Positions 40,998-52,205 of a DNA stretch of 64,000 bases are shown here, in pieces. The notes under the pieces are model-generated. The model was not told the DNA's origin. It made no database searches and worked only from the letters and a program-made list of their open reading frames with translations. The number at the start of each line of letters is the position of its first letter. The first letter of the stretch is position 1. Where the stretch lies: NCBI GenBank assembly GCA_963740315.1, contig CAVUDP010000002.1:1504001-1568000 (forward strand), in the 5' to 3' direction. A program made the position numbers and the translations under genes. Source of the DNA: an uncultured cyanobacterium (GTDB lineage: Bacteria > Cyanobacteriota > Cyanobacteriia > Cyanobacteriales > Nostocaceae).

Positions 40998-41913
40998 TAG
41001 TCATTCCAAATAGGAAACGTATGAAATAATAGAGATTGAATTAATAACTTTTCCCTTACTGATGACTTATAGTATTGATTTACGGCTATGGCGTAGTTGA
41101 ATTTGTTCAAAATGGTGGTAGCAAAGCACAGGCATCACGGCAATATAAAATAAGTCTGTGGTGTGTAAATAATTGGTGTAAAAGAGACAATTTATCGCCG
41201 CAGCGACAAAAGGGGCGAAATCGGAAATTGGACTGGAAAGCTGTCTCACGTCATATAAAAGAACATCCAGATGCTCTTCTCAGAGAGCGTGCAGAACATT
41301 TTAAAGTGAATACTAATGCTCCGCTGGTACGCTTGCCGCCAAATGAAACTGAGTCGTAAAAAAAACTCTCAGATACAGCGAAAGAAATCATAATCAACGA
41401 ATCGATTACTTAGTGAATCTACGTAAAATAGTAAGTGAAGAAGGTTCAAAAAACCTCGTTTACTTGGATGAGTCGGGTTTTGAGCCGAAGACATATCGAC
41501 CATATGCTTGGTCTGAACGTGGGCAAGAATCTTATGGTGAAAGGAGTGGTAAGCGAGGAATTCGTACTAGTTTAATTGCTGCAAAAAGAGGAGAGCAATT
41601 ACTGGCTCCAGTTTTATTTCAAGGAAGTACTAATGCTTTGTGGTTCAATCAATGGCTCGAAGAACATCTTCTTCCTCAACTAAATCCTAATTCGACTTTA
41701 ATTCTTGATAATGCGGCATTTCACCGCAAAAATGATGTATTCCGTATTGCCCAAGCATCTGGTCATAAAGTTCTATTTTTACCACCATATTCACCAGATT
41801 TTAATCGTATTGAACAAGACTTTGCGATTATAAAAAAAAGGCGCACTTATGCTACTCCAAATACGTCTTTGGATGACATCATCGAATCATACGGAAATTA
41901 TTTGGAATGACTA
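40998..41913 (+). mobile_element. IS630-family insertion sequence (916 bp), TA target duplication
   Basis: Terminal inverted repeats TAGTCATTCCAAATA / TATTTGGAATGACTA flanked by TA at 40996-40997 and 41914-41915. Confidence 0.93.
41062..41910 (+). pseudogene. IS630 transposase (HTH orfA + DDE orfB), orfA frameshifted
   Basis: MTYSIDLR start; 'VYLDESGF', 'ILDNAAFH', 'LPPYSPDFNRIE'; A8 slippery run at the orfA/B junction plus two further apparent frameshifts in orfA. Confidence 0.85.
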
Positions 41914-43045
41914 TATTATTAACAGCATTCCAATCACGGGCAATTTCTATTGCATACTCTTGATTTAATACCGGATAAAAAATCGGTTGCTCTGGTAATC
42001 TTGGTGGAAACTCTTGATAACCACTTTCTTTAATTAAAACTAATTCTTTCTCTCCAACGGGACGATATAAAGTTACTGTTTCCCTCTGCAATTCTTCCTC
42101 ATTCAAACTAATCCACTTCGGTAAAGCTTCTCGCGCTGACAACCATGCCTTCGGAATACTTTCCACACCCGGAGACAAAGCAACAATACCGCCAACGATC
42201 GCACAATTAGTATCGCGATCGCCCAAACCGCTAACCGTTAACCAGAGCGCTTCCTCGTAATTATTTAGATGTTGAGCGGCACACCATAAAGTAAAAGGTA
42301 CCGTATCCTGCGCTGAAACTTTGGTTCCATTTCCTAATATTGCAGCAGCCGAATTTACGCTTATATCATTTTGTAAATCCCGCGCTTGACTAATTTTAGA
42401 AGCCACCTCACTTTCTGGAATATAAGGCAAAATAAAATCGAGAAATTCTGTTTTATTTGGTTTATTTGATTCCTTTAATTTACAGCTAAAAGCCGCAGCC
42501 ACAGCAACGGCAATACAACCAGCAATAGCTTCCTCATGAGCGTGAGTAACTTCCGCACTTTTACGAGCTTGCTCCACCACTAAATCCAAATCGTCAGCGA
42601 AAAAAGCCCCCAAAGGAGCAACCCGCATCGCCGCACCATTACCGTAAGAGCCTTGTCCATTAAACGAATTACAACTTAAATCCTGCCATTTTTGACCATC
42701 GCGTATATTTAAAAGCAGCCTTTGCATTCCCGCACCATAACCTCTTTTCTCGTCATACCTGCGAGCAAAACTTTTCGCTAAATCATCTCGACCAATTTCG
42801 CCATATTCCCGTAAAACCCAGTAAATCGAAAGCGCCATTTGCGTATCGTCGGTATAATACCAAGGCATTGCCGGAATAGCGCGAGATGCAATAATATTTT
42901 CAGCAACATCAGGATGTAGAAAAAACTTTTCCCCAAAAGCATCACCCACCGATAAACCTTGTAGGGAATTAAAAGCGCGATTTAGGCGAGAATCATTTGT
43001 ATTTGACATGAATTGAAAAATAAATATTTCGTATATTCAACACCA

Positions 43046-43643
43046 AATAAATGGTGGGTTACGGCAATTATAAGAATGTAACCTGTTTCAATATATTAGA
43101 ATGCCTAAACCACATAGGTTTGTAGTGTGGACTTTAGTCCTCAATAATAAATAATTTGAGTTAAAACTCTTACTACAAACGAATTATAAATAAATTTAGT
43201 CCTCAATAATAAATAATTTGAGTTAAAACTCTTACTACAAACGAATTATAAATAAATTTAGTCCTCAATAATAAATAATTTGAGTTAAAACTCTTACTAC
43301 AAACGAATTATAAATAAATTTAGTCCTCAATAATAAATAATTTGAGTTAAAAACTCTTACTACAAACGAATTATAAATAAATTTAGTCCTCAATAATAAA
43401 TAATTTGAGTTAAAACTCTTACTACAAACGAATTATAAATAAATTTAGTCCTCAATAATAAATAATTTGAGTTAAAACTCTTACTACAAACGGATTACAA
43501 ATAAATGGTGGGTTACGGCAATTATAAGAATGTAACCTGTTTCAATATATTGGAATGCCTAACCCACCTTATAGGTTCGTAGTGTGGACTTTAGTCCTCA
43601 ATAATAAATAATTTGAGTTAAAACTCTTACTACAAACGAATTA
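43046..43643. repeat. Tandem array of ~62-bp units (six copies) between two copies of a longer palindromic-repeat block
   Basis: TTAGTCCTCAATAATAAATAATTTGAGTTAAAACTCTTACTACAAACGAATTATAAATAAAT with CCTCAAT anchors at 43139, 43201, 43263, 43325, 43388 and 43450; the block from ~43046 is repeated from ~43500. Confidence 0.93.
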
Positions 43644-43644
43644 A

Positions 43645-44283
43645 TTAAGTTCCCTTCCGATTGCGAATATGTTCGGGCATATGATAGCGATCGCCCAAAA
43701 TTTCCAACAACGGACCGTGAACGTCAAATGTAACCATACTTACTGAGGCAACTAAAATATTAATTCGATAGCGATAGCGACCTAAATCGATACCCAATAA
43801 ACTACAAAGCATAATCCGAATCGTAGCTTTATGAGAAACTACTAAAACATTGCCTTGGGGATGTTTATCTTGAATTTCCGCAATTACAGGCATAGAACGA
43901 TTCGCGATATCCACCGCAGTTTCTCCACCTTTGGGTGCATTCCAAGCTGGTTCTGTCAACCATTTAACATAGTTTTCAGCATAATTTTCTTGGGCAAACG
44001 CTTTACTTTTATTTTCCCATTCGCCATAACTACCTTCTCGGAGTCCATCACGCAACTGCATATCAATGCCCACAGCATCGCAAAACGGCTTTGCAGTGGC
44101 TACAGTACGCTTCATCGGACTAGCGTAAACGGCTTCCCACTTCAGCTTCTTGTAAACATCAGCGAAAGCCTCCGCCATCTGCACACCCTCCGGCGTTAGC
44201 TCCGCATTAGTTTCGCCGCAAAAATTGCCAGTTTGACTAAAAGTGGTTTCTCCATGTCGCAGAAAATATAAATTAAGAGTCAT
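43645..44283 (-). CDS. Histidine phosphatase (phosphoglycerate mutase-like) family protein
   Basis: 'LRHGET', 'SPMKRT', 'LREGSYGEWE', 'VVSHKATIR'. Confidence 0.92.
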   Translation of the reverse strand: MTLNLYFLRHGETTFSQTGNFCGETNAELTPEGVQMAEAFADVYKKLKWEAVYASPMKRTVATAKPFCDAVGIDMQLRDGLREGSYGEWENKSKAFAQENYAENYVKWLTEPAWNAPKGGETAVDIANRSMPVIAEIQDKHPQGNVLVVSHKATIRIMLCSLLGIDLGRYRYRINILVASVSMVTFDVHGPLLEILGDRYHMPEHIRNRKGT

Positions 44284-44346
44284 AAATCGTATCGCGATTC
44301 AAGCAATAAATAATGTACCTAGCAATCCTATCGAATATTACGAGAA

Positions 44347-44504
44347 ACAGTTATCAGTTAACAGTGAGCAGTGAGCAGTTATCAGTAGGGAGTAGGGAGT
44401 GAAGAATTTTTCTACCCCCTCTCCCCCTCTCCCCCTCTCCCCCTCTCCCCCTCTCCCCCTCTCCCCATCTCCCCCTCTCCCCCTCTCCCCCATCTCCAAT
44501 TCCC
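44347..44504. repeat. STRR-type tracts (CAGTTAT; CCCCCTCT)n
   Basis: Tandem 7-8-mers. Confidence 0.85.
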
Positions 44505-46358
44505 TTACTTAAAAATAGTACTCGGCGCTACAGGTGCAATACTATCGTCAAATCCTCCCACTTGATTGGTTCTTAAAACCCATGCCATAGCATTTTGCTT
44601 GAGAAAAATTTTGGTGGTTTCGTCTTGCGCTCTCTTAGGAAATACGGTTCGCCAACTTTTGAGCATTTTGATGGCAGTTGTAATAATGTTGTCGTTTTTA
44701 TCGTTAGTTCCAAATAAATCTTTAGCATTTTGTCGCCAGTCTCGCCGCACAACTCCAAGGGGAACTAACTGTTTTTCTAAAATATTTCCTAAAGAGATTA
44801 ATTCGTTAAAATACTGAGTTTGCTTATCTTGTGGATGTTTTTGCAACCATTCGCCGATCGCCGGGTTTAACTCCATAAACCTTTCTATATCGTAAATTGT
44901 GGCGTAAAGCGCTTGATTTGAATCTTGAACGCAGGAAGCTGTCGGGGTAATTAATGATGCACCCGTTCCATCACCGACGCGATAACGGGCTGTAATTTCT
45001 CTAAGTTCTTCAATAAATTCTGTTAAAGGAGATAATTTAACTCCATCAAAATCGTAATCGCTAGTTATCGGCTCGTATTTCACCAAAATATCGCTTACGG
45101 GACGAGTTCCCAACCAACCCTGCCATAAAGAACCCATATAAGCAGCCCAAGTAGAAGCCCCAGATATTATTCCGTCTATATTATTACCGTAAACTTGATA
45201 GTAAACTATATCGAAACGTAATTCCGATGTGATGCGATCGCGCACTACCTCTGCAATCCCGTAGGAAAAGTGACCTGCAACCGGAAGCCAAGCGGCTGCT
45301 TCTGCTTTTTTACCACCGATACCGCCATATAAATGCATCGCCAAAGCTTTATCGCCCAAGCGCCATTGAGACACGGCGCTTTTTGCATCTCTATTTGGTG
45401 CTAATAAAACTGTCTGGCACTTTCCTTTTTGCAATTTAATTTTTGCCCAAATTTCTCGATTTATATATTTAAATACTTGCTCGGATTTCGTAATTACTTT
45501 TTGTGGTTCTACTTTTACTAGAGCGCGGGGTTCAATAGCCTGTACGACAAAAGTACCTTTTGCATCGGGTGCGCCGTAAATATACCAACCTTGAAAATTC
45601 AGTAGCGATTTTTCGATATCTTTGTTACTTGAACGAGGAATGCCCCGTATGTCTGGCGGTACTTGTGGTATGCAAATAGTTTCTTCGATTCCCCGATAAA
45701 AGTTTTTAGTTGCTTTGTTGTAGTGACGAACTCTAAATAAATCACTATATGGTTCTATTCTTTCTAAAATTTTTACTAAGCCAACAAAACGTCCAGTTAT
45801 TTGCACGGGTTCGCGATCGATAATTAATTGCGTTTCTCCTGCGGCATCGGTTTCTACTTCTGGTTGCAATAGCATAACGCAGACATCATCAATCGGTCTT
45901 GCACCTGCTAAAGATTCTAAAGGATCGACTTGAGAAAGTCCATCCAATCTTACGGGATGAACAAAACCTTTCTGATGACTTTTCTTCGCTTGTTTGGTAA
46001 AGTTAACGTCAAAACTTACCCGTTTGACGTATTCTTGCACCAAAATATTGTTACTCCATTTCAACTTCACAACTTTACCAAGCAGATGCATAGATGAATC
46101 GGGGGTGTTTTGCACTTCAAATTCAACAAAACGCTCGTTTTGACGTTCGGCTCGTAAAATTAAGCGCCCGCTCCATTCTGCTACAGGTTGATATTGTTGT
46201 TTTTTTTGATTGATGGGATAATAATCGCTATGAAATAAAGGCGAATTGCTATTAATTTTATAATTCGATGATTCCGTTTTTACCGACTTTTTAGAAATAA
46301 GTTTATAAACTATAAAGCCAATTGTGACCCAGACTACAATTATGACTATATTTTCCAT
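44505..46358 (-). CDS. Conserved cyanobacterial protein resembling the soluble portions of CAAX-protease/Abi-associated proteins
   Basis: N-terminal TM; 'DPLESLAGARP.DD', 'HLYGGIGGKKAE', 'GHFSYG', 'SCVQDSNQALY', 'LRTNQVGG'; no central multi-TM protease domain seen. Confidence 0.6.
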   Translation of the reverse strand: MENIVIIVVWVTIGFIVYKLISKKSVKTESSNYKINSNSPLFHSDYYPINQKKQQYQPVAEWSGRLILRAERQNERFVEFEVQNTPDSSMHLLGKVVKLKWSNNILVQEYVKRVSFDVNFTKQAKKSHQKGFVHPVRLDGLSQVDPLESLAGARPIDDVCVMLLQPEVETDAAGETQLIIDREPVQITGRFVGLVKILERIEPYSDLFRVRHYNKATKNFYRGIEETICIPQVPPDIRGIPRSSNKDIEKSLLNFQGWYIYGAPDAKGTFVVQAIEPRALVKVEPQKVITKSEQVFKYINREIWAKIKLQKGKCQTVLLAPNRDAKSAVSQWRLGDKALAMHLYGGIGGKKAEAAAWLPVAGHFSYGIAEVVRDRITSELRFDIVYYQVYGNNIDGIISGASTWAAYMGSLWQGWLGTRPVSDILVKYEPITSDYDFDGVKLSPLTEFIEELREITARYRVGDGTGASLITPTASCVQDSNQALYATIYDIERFMELNPAIGEWLQKHPQDKQTQYFNELISLGNILEKQLVPLGVVRRDWRQNAKDLFGTNDKNDNIITTAIKMLKSWRTVFPKRAQDETTKIFLKQNAMAWVLRTNQVGGFDDSIAPVAPSTIFK

Positions 46359-46521
46359 AGTTTTGAATAAATTATTACCATGTATTTTATTTATTTAATC
46401 AATCTAAGAATATAAAAATTTGTGACTTGTACGATCCTAACTTGTAATCTTACAGGGTAATTACTGTATTTTTAACCTACGTAGAAATTTTAAGATAACC
46501 CTGGTGGTACGAGGAGTAAGG

Positions 46522-47421
46522 ATGTCTAAAAAAATTGCAATTGCAGCTTTAAGTTTGCTGTTAACAGCAGCGATGCCCGGTATTGCTTCAGCAGAAACCG
46601 TAATGCAAAAAGTTAAGCGCACGGGTGTACTGACAGCAGGAACTAGTAAAGATGCTTTCCCTTTTGCCTATAGAAATAAGCAAGGACAATTAATTGGTTA
46701 TTCTGTGGATATGCTTAATCTGATCCAGCAGGAGTTAGAAAAAGAACTAGGTAAAAAAGTTCAACTTAAATTAGTCGCACTCAGCCCAGCCGAACGCATT
46801 CCTAATATAGTTAACGGAAAGGTTGATATTGTCTGCGACGCAAGCAGCTTTACCTGGGAACGAAATAAAAATATCGATTTTTCTTTTAGTTATGGTGCAA
46901 CTGGTACTAAATTATTAGTTAAGAAAGCAAGTAATTTAAGTTCTCCAAAAACCTTAATTGGCAAGCGAATTGGAGTCTTAGCAAAAACTACAAACGAAAA
47001 TGCTATTAAGGAAGCGCAACCACAAGCCAAACTAATATATCTCAAAGATAGAGAGCAAGCATATACAGCTTTGCAACAAGGAAAAATAGATGCCTTTGCT
47101 GACGATACTATTCTTTTAGAAGCATGGTTGAACAGAAGACAGAATTTCAACAATTTTAAAATTGTACCAGACCTCCCCTATTCTAGAGAAGGTATTGCCT
47201 GTATGCTTCCTGAGAATAATTCTGATTTTCTCGATACGGTAAACTTTACCTTCTATGGTTTCATGCAGGGCTTTGTAAATAATGAAAGTCGATATGTAAC
47301 AATATTTGACCGTTGGTTTGGACCTCGCGGAGCAATTCCGTTAAACCGCGATTTACGGGAATTAGCGGTAGAAACCATGCGGTTGGTTATTGATTCCCAT
47401 CAAGACATTCGGGAAAAATAA
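46522..47421 (+). CDS. Orphan amino-acid-type (SBP_bac_3) substrate-binding protein
   Basis: Signal peptide; 'GVLTAGTSKDAFPFAY', 'GYSVDM', 'SSFTWER', 'IFDRWFG'; RBS GAGGAG; no permease or ATPase nearby. Confidence 0.85.
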   Translation: MSKKIAIAALSLLLTAAMPGIASAETVMQKVKRTGVLTAGTSKDAFPFAYRNKQGQLIGYSVDMLNLIQQELEKELGKKVQLKLVALSPAERIPNIVNGKVDIVCDASSFTWERNKNIDFSFSYGATGTKLLVKKASNLSSPKTLIGKRIGVLAKTTNENAIKEAQPQAKLIYLKDREQAYTALQQGKIDAFADDTILLEAWLNRRQNFNNFKIVPDLPYSREGIACMLPENNSDFLDTVNFTFYGFMQGFVNNESRYVTIFDRWFGPRGAIPLNRDLRELAVETMRLVIDSHQDIREK

Positions 47422-47796
47422 TTTATTCCTTATGAGGTATTGAATATAACATTATCTCAAAGGTAATATAAATTTTATACCGCCAGACTACTATAAGTAA
47501 TCTGACGGTATACAGGGAACACACTGAACACATTAATAGTCTTCCAGGGAAGAAGAACTACTCGGTTTGCTAGTAAATTGGGTATTTGATTGAATCTTTA
47601 TGTTCGCATATACAAATATTTGCATTCAATGGCAGTTAAGCCAGTTAAGAAATTTTTCACTATAAGATTACATATAGCTATCCCATTCGTACTTTAATTC
47701 AGCATAGAATCATTCGATAATCAAATAGTGCAGAAGCAATAATCTCGTAGCTAGTACGTTAATATTTTTGGTACAAACTAATGAGTATTTACCAAA

Positions 47797-49110
47797 ATGG
47801 AGGCGGCTAAACAAAGGCGAAGACGAGGTATAGTATTGACTGCAAGGGGATTAAAACGGCTGCAAACCGCGATACAGTCAGCCCAATTAGAAGAAAATAA
47901 TGGTAGGCGTTTTACTCAAGAAGAATTAAGCTGTCGCATCGGCATTTCCACCAACACATTATCGCGATTGTGGTCTTTGAAAACGGGATTAGATTCGCGA
48001 TCGGTAAAACTTTGCTTTAGCGCTTTTGATTTAGAGTTAACTGAGTCTGACTACAATCTCTGGGAAGAAGTAGAACAAATAAACGATATTAAATATCCTA
48101 CCGGACCTGTATCGGTATATTCTAAACTGTATATTACTCGCCCCCCGATTGAAGAATTAATTAATCGGGAGATTTGCCGTCCCGGATGTATAATTCGCAT
48201 CAAAGCCCCCAAGGGAATGGGAAAAACTTCTTTAAAATTTAGAACTCTAGATTATGCAAAATCATTAAGTTACTATACAGTACATCTAGATTTAAATTTA
48301 GTAGATACCGACAAGTTTTTAGATTTAGACATTTTTTTACGCTGGTTGTGCAGTATAGTTTCCAAGAGTCTAAATATCGAACCTCAGCTTGATGAATGTT
48401 GGGATGAAGATATTGGGAGTAAATTAAGCTGCACTTTTTATTTTCAAACTTATATATTAGAAGCTCTTGATAGTCCCTTCATTTTATCATTTGACGAACT
48501 AAATATTGTTTTTGAATATCCACAATTAGCTCAAGAATTCTTACCATTATTACGTTCTTGGCATGAAAACGCACAATATAATCCCGTTTGGCAAAAATTG
48601 CGTTTATTTCTAGATTATTCAACCGATATTTATGTCCCTTTAGACTTAAATCATTCGCCATTTAATATTGGATTACCGATTCAATTACCCGAATTTACAC
48701 TTGAGCAAATAGAAGAATTAGCAGCACGTTACGGGTTAGATTGGCAACAAAATATTCAAGCTCTAAAATTAATGGAAAAAATTGGGGGACAACCGGCTTT
48801 AGTTAATATTGCACTTTATCATTTAAGTCAACAGGAATTAACTTTAGAGCAGTTATTAGAACAAGCAAGTACCGAAAGAGGAATTTATCGGCATCATTTA
48901 CGAGAAAAATTGGATCGTTTACAACAAAATCCGGATTTAGCAGCAGTATTCGCTCAAATATTGACAGCGCGATCGGTCGTAATTCCACCTATAGTTGCTT
49001 ATAAATTAGAAAGTATTGGATTAATTAAACTTACTCCTGATGGTGCAATTCTTAGTAGAGAACTATATCGTTCGTATTTTTTAGAAAATTTAGATGATAT
49101 TAACCTGTAA
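47797..49110 (+). CDS. HTH + AAA-like (AAA_35-type) domain protein
   Basis: N-terminal 'RRRRGIVLT..GL.RLQ...FTQEELS.RIGIS.NT' HTH; P-loop-like 'IKAPKGMGKTS', 'FDE', 'SPFNIG'. Confidence 0.85.
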   Translation: MEAAKQRRRRGIVLTARGLKRLQTAIQSAQLEENNGRRFTQEELSCRIGISTNTLSRLWSLKTGLDSRSVKLCFSAFDLELTESDYNLWEEVEQINDIKYPTGPVSVYSKLYITRPPIEELINREICRPGCIIRIKAPKGMGKTSLKFRTLDYAKSLSYYTVHLDLNLVDTDKFLDLDIFLRWLCSIVSKSLNIEPQLDECWDEDIGSKLSCTFYFQTYILEALDSPFILSFDELNIVFEYPQLAQEFLPLLRSWHENAQYNPVWQKLRLFLDYSTDIYVPLDLNHSPFNIGLPIQLPEFTLEQIEELAARYGLDWQQNIQALKLMEKIGGQPALVNIALYHLSQQELTLEQLLEQASTERGIYRHHLREKLDRLQQNPDLAAVFAQILTARSVVIPPIVAYKLESIGLIKLTPDGAILSRELYRSYFLENLDDINL

Positions 49111-49411
49111 ATATTGTTCTTATCTTCATATTTTTAATAACATCCCTATCAAAAATGTAGAGAGCTCCGCACTGCTACGTCTCCCAATGATGTCGTTTCC
49201 CAACCGATAACTAAAAGATTTTCAGTTGGCTATACTATTTAACAAAATTATCGTTACAGCCCAGAATATGCGGAGGAGACGTAGCAGTGCGGAGATATCT
49301 ATACAAGTTTCGATTTCCATTGCAAAAAAAAAAGGACGCGATCGCATCGCATCCCCTCAATTCTTATAATTTCAAAAACTTCTCAAATTTGAGAAAATTG
49401 ATGAAGAAATA

Positions 49412-51298
49412 TTACAAACTCGGAACGTATTGTGGTTTTTCAGGTACTTCTGCATACTCAGCCACAATTTGACGGAACTCTTCGCCATCAATGGTTTCTT
49501 TTTCAATTAGTAAATCAACTAATCTATCCATCAAGCTGCGATGATCGCGCATCATTTGTAGAGCGTTTTGGTAACATTCGTCTATAATCAGGCGAACTTG
49601 AGAATCAATACGAGCGGCGATCGATTCGGAATACTCCGAACGTGTTGTCCAGTCACGACCAAGGAATACTTCTCCTTGCTGACTTTCTAACGATAAAGGT
49701 CCTAAATCGGACATCCCAAATCGCGTTACCATTTGTCGCGCCATGCCAGATACCTGTTGCAGGTCATTTCCGGCACCAGTGGTAACTTCGTCTCTACCAA
49801 AAATTACTTCTTCAGCAGAACGTCCGCCCAAAGCACCAGTAATTCTTGCTTTCAACTGAGAACGGCTAATTAATCCTTGGTCTTCACTAGGAGTAAACCA
49901 AGTCAAACCCTGTGCCTGTCCGCGAGGAATCAAGGTAACTTTTTGTACTGGATCGTGGTCTTTAACCAATGTTCCGATTAAAGCGTGTCCGACTTCATGG
50001 TAAGCAATCAACCGCTTGCTCTTGCTGTCTACCAAAGGCGTGCCTTCCATACCAGCAACTACACGATCTACAGCGTCATCAACTTCTGTGAGCGTAATAC
50101 CTTCTTTGCGTCGTCTGGCGGTGAGAATTGCCGCTTCGTTGAGCAAGTTCGCCAAATCTGCACCAGTGAAACCAGGAGTTCGACGAGCGATCGCCTCTAA
50201 GGATACGCCTTTATCTAATTTCTTGTTACGGGCGTGGACTTCCAAGATTTCCAAACGTCCTTTGATGTCGGGTGCATCAACCATCACCTGTCTGTCAAAG
50301 CGTCCGGGACGCAACAGCGCCGCATCTAGTACGTCGGGACGGTTGGTAGCAGCAATAATAATGATGCCGGTGTTACCTTCAAAACCATCCATCTCGGTAA
50401 GTAGCTGGTTGAGGGTTTGTTCGCGCTCATCGTTACCGCCACCGATACCCGCACCCCGCTGTCTTCCTACAGCGTCAATTTCATCAATAAAGATGATACA
50501 AGGAGCGTTATCTTTAGCTTTTTTGAACAAATCGCGAACGCGGGAAGCACCCACACCCACAAACATTTCCACGAACTCGGAACCGGAAATACTAAAGAAA
50601 GGTACGCCAGCTTCCCCAGCAATTGCTTTTGCTAGTAAGGTTTTACCAGTTCCTGGAGGTCCTACTAACAATACACCTTTAGGAATGCGTGCGCCTACAG
50701 CAGTAAATTTCTCAGGCTGCTTGAGGAAAGTAACAACTTCACCGAGTTCTTCTTTTGCTTCTTCAATCCCAGCTACATCATCAAACATGACTCCGGTTTT
50801 CGCTTCCATTTGGAAACGTGCCCGCGACTTACCAAAATTCATGGCTTGTCCGGGACCACCTGGAAGATTGCTAGAACGACGGAACAAAAGGAACAGTCCG
50901 GTAATCAATAAGATTGGAAAGACTAGATTGCCTAACAAACCCCAGATAGCTCCATCATTTCTTACAGGATGGGCATCAAAACTAACATTTTCTTCTTTAA
51001 GTTTGCTTATCAATTCCGGAGCATTATAAGGTAAATCAACGCGGACGCGCTGAATCCGGTCTTCCAGGTCTGGGTCAACAGCTTCTACAATCGCCGTTCT
51101 ACCACCTTCATACAAATCTACCATCGTCACCCGACCGGCATCTAAGTATTCCAGAAAACGACCGTAGGTCATGCGAGTACTAGCTGCATTTTTACCCATA
51201 TCAGCAGGAGTATTCGCGAACGCTCCTTGCCAAAAGAAAAAGCCTATCACTAAAGCAGGCAAGGTCCAAAGAACTAGGACTCTCCAGGAGAATTTCAT
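49412..51298 (-). CDS. ftsH: ATP-dependent zinc metalloprotease FtsH (FtsH2-type)
   Basis: 'GPPGTGKT', '[12 protein letters not shown]', '[10 protein letters not shown]', 'HEVGH'. Confidence 0.97.
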   Translation of the reverse strand: MKFSWRVLVLWTLPALVIGFFFWQGAFANTPADMGKNAASTRMTYGRFLEYLDAGRVTMVDLYEGGRTAIVEAVDPDLEDRIQRVRVDLPYNAPELISKLKEENVSFDAHPVRNDGAIWGLLGNLVFPILLITGLFLLFRRSSNLPGGPGQAMNFGKSRARFQMEAKTGVMFDDVAGIEEAKEELGEVVTFLKQPEKFTAVGARIPKGVLLVGPPGTGKTLLAKAIAGEAGVPFFSISGSEFVEMFVGVGASRVRDLFKKAKDNAPCIIFIDEIDAVGRQRGAGIGGGNDEREQTLNQLLTEMDGFEGNTGIIIIAATNRPDVLDAALLRPGRFDRQVMVDAPDIKGRLEILEVHARNKKLDKGVSLEAIARRTPGFTGADLANLLNEAAILTARRRKEGITLTEVDDAVDRVVAGMEGTPLVDSKSKRLIAYHEVGHALIGTLVKDHDPVQKVTLIPRGQAQGLTWFTPSEDQGLISRSQLKARITGALGGRSAEEVIFGRDEVTTGAGNDLQQVSGMARQMVTRFGMSDLGPLSLESQQGEVFLGRDWTTRSEYSESIAARIDSQVRLIIDECYQNALQMMRDHRSLMDRLVDLLIEKETIDGEEFRQIVAEYAEVPEKPQYVPSL

Positions 51299-51519
51299 TT
51301 TAATTTGCCTCTAGATACCAATGGGATGCATCACCCCGTTAACATAATTAATGTGAATTAATGTAAAACGGATGTATATAAATCCCGATTTGTTTAATTT
51401 TCATCTCTTGAATTATTTGCCATATTAGCCCGATTGAGCTATAGGACATTTGCCAAGACATTATTATTATTCTTAATTAAATGTAACTTAATTTTAAGAC
51501 TTTTTACCAGAGAATAAGG

Positions 51520-51707
51520 AATTGGGCATAGGCACAAAAAGTTATGAGTTATGAGTTAAGAGTTAAGAGTTAGGAATTTTTTCCCCTTGTCCCCCCATCC
51601 CCCCATCCCCTTGTCTCCTTGTCCCCTTGTCCCCCCATCCCCCCATCTCCTTGTCCCCTTGTCCCCTTGTCCCCTTGTCCCCTTGTCCCCCCCATCCCCT
51701 TGCCCCA
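51520..51707. repeat. STRR-type tracts (GAGTTAW; CCCCTTGT)n
   Basis: Tandem 7-8-mers. Confidence 0.85.
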
Positions 51708-52205
51708 TTACTTAACTTCAGTAATTTTCAGAGTATAGGGAAGATACTGTTCTTTTTGATAGGAACCGATCCAAACTTCGTAGTTTCCTCGGAGCCATTC
51801 ACCGACAATGCCGGGGTTTTTGCCTTCAAATTCGTCGTTACACCACGTACCGCCCGGACCTTTAATTACTAAAGTGGTATCTTCAGGACTTTCTATTACT
51901 AGTTTCATATAGTCGAATTTATTTTTTAACCGCAGGGTGTGGTCTGGTTCTCGATCTACATAGCCGGTACAGGCTCCCGTTGGTGTATCTGCTCTTTTGG
52001 AAATTTCTTTTGCATCTATAGTACCACCGCTCATTCCGCGAACTGTGAGAGGATCTTTGGATAAGGGGCGCTTGATACTTATATCTCCAAATATCGGCGG
52101 AGGAGCTTCTTGAGCGTTAACTGCGGTGTTTATTCCGGATGCTGTTGCTAGCGATAAGAATACAAATGAAAATTTTATTACTCGACTGATTAATTTAGTA
52201 GACAT
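51708..52205 (-). CDS. Conserved secreted hypothetical protein (PPC-like beta domain)
   Basis: Signal peptide; 'C.G.VD..PDH.L', 'DTTLVIKGPGGTWCND', 'G.YEVWIGS'. Confidence 0.8.
   Translation of the reverse strand: MSTKLISRVIKFSFVFLSLATASGINTAVNAQEAPPPIFGDISIKRPLSKDPLTVRGMSGGTIDAKEISKRADTPTGACTGYVDREPDHTLRLKNKFDYMKLVIESPEDTTLVIKGPGGTWCNDEFEGKNPGIVGEWLRGNYEVWIGSYQKEQYLPYTLKITEVK

Larger units (their letters stand above)
40826..43009 (-). pseudogene. ADP-ribosylglycohydrolase (DraG/ARH family) fused to a C-terminal domain, interrupted by IS630
   Basis: 'GLSVGDAFG', 'YTDDTQMA', 'SYGNGAAMR', 'GDRDTNCAIVG'; removing the IS and one TA restores the frame: ...ARDWNAVNNNIGYVTKFEV...EYWIP...FR*. Confidence 0.88.

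Noticed and set aside
40826..41110. 94-aa ORF as an independent gene
   Set aside because: Chimera: its N-terminus is antisense IS630 sequence and its C-terminus is the severed end of the ADP-ribosylhydrolase fusion.
43135..43500. ~62-bp periodic array as a CRISPR array
   Set aside because: Units are identical end to end with no unique spacers, derive from a dispersed palindromic repeat, and no cas genes are present.
50016..51029. 337-aa + strand ORF
   Set aside because: Antisense shadow of ftsH with no independent motifs.
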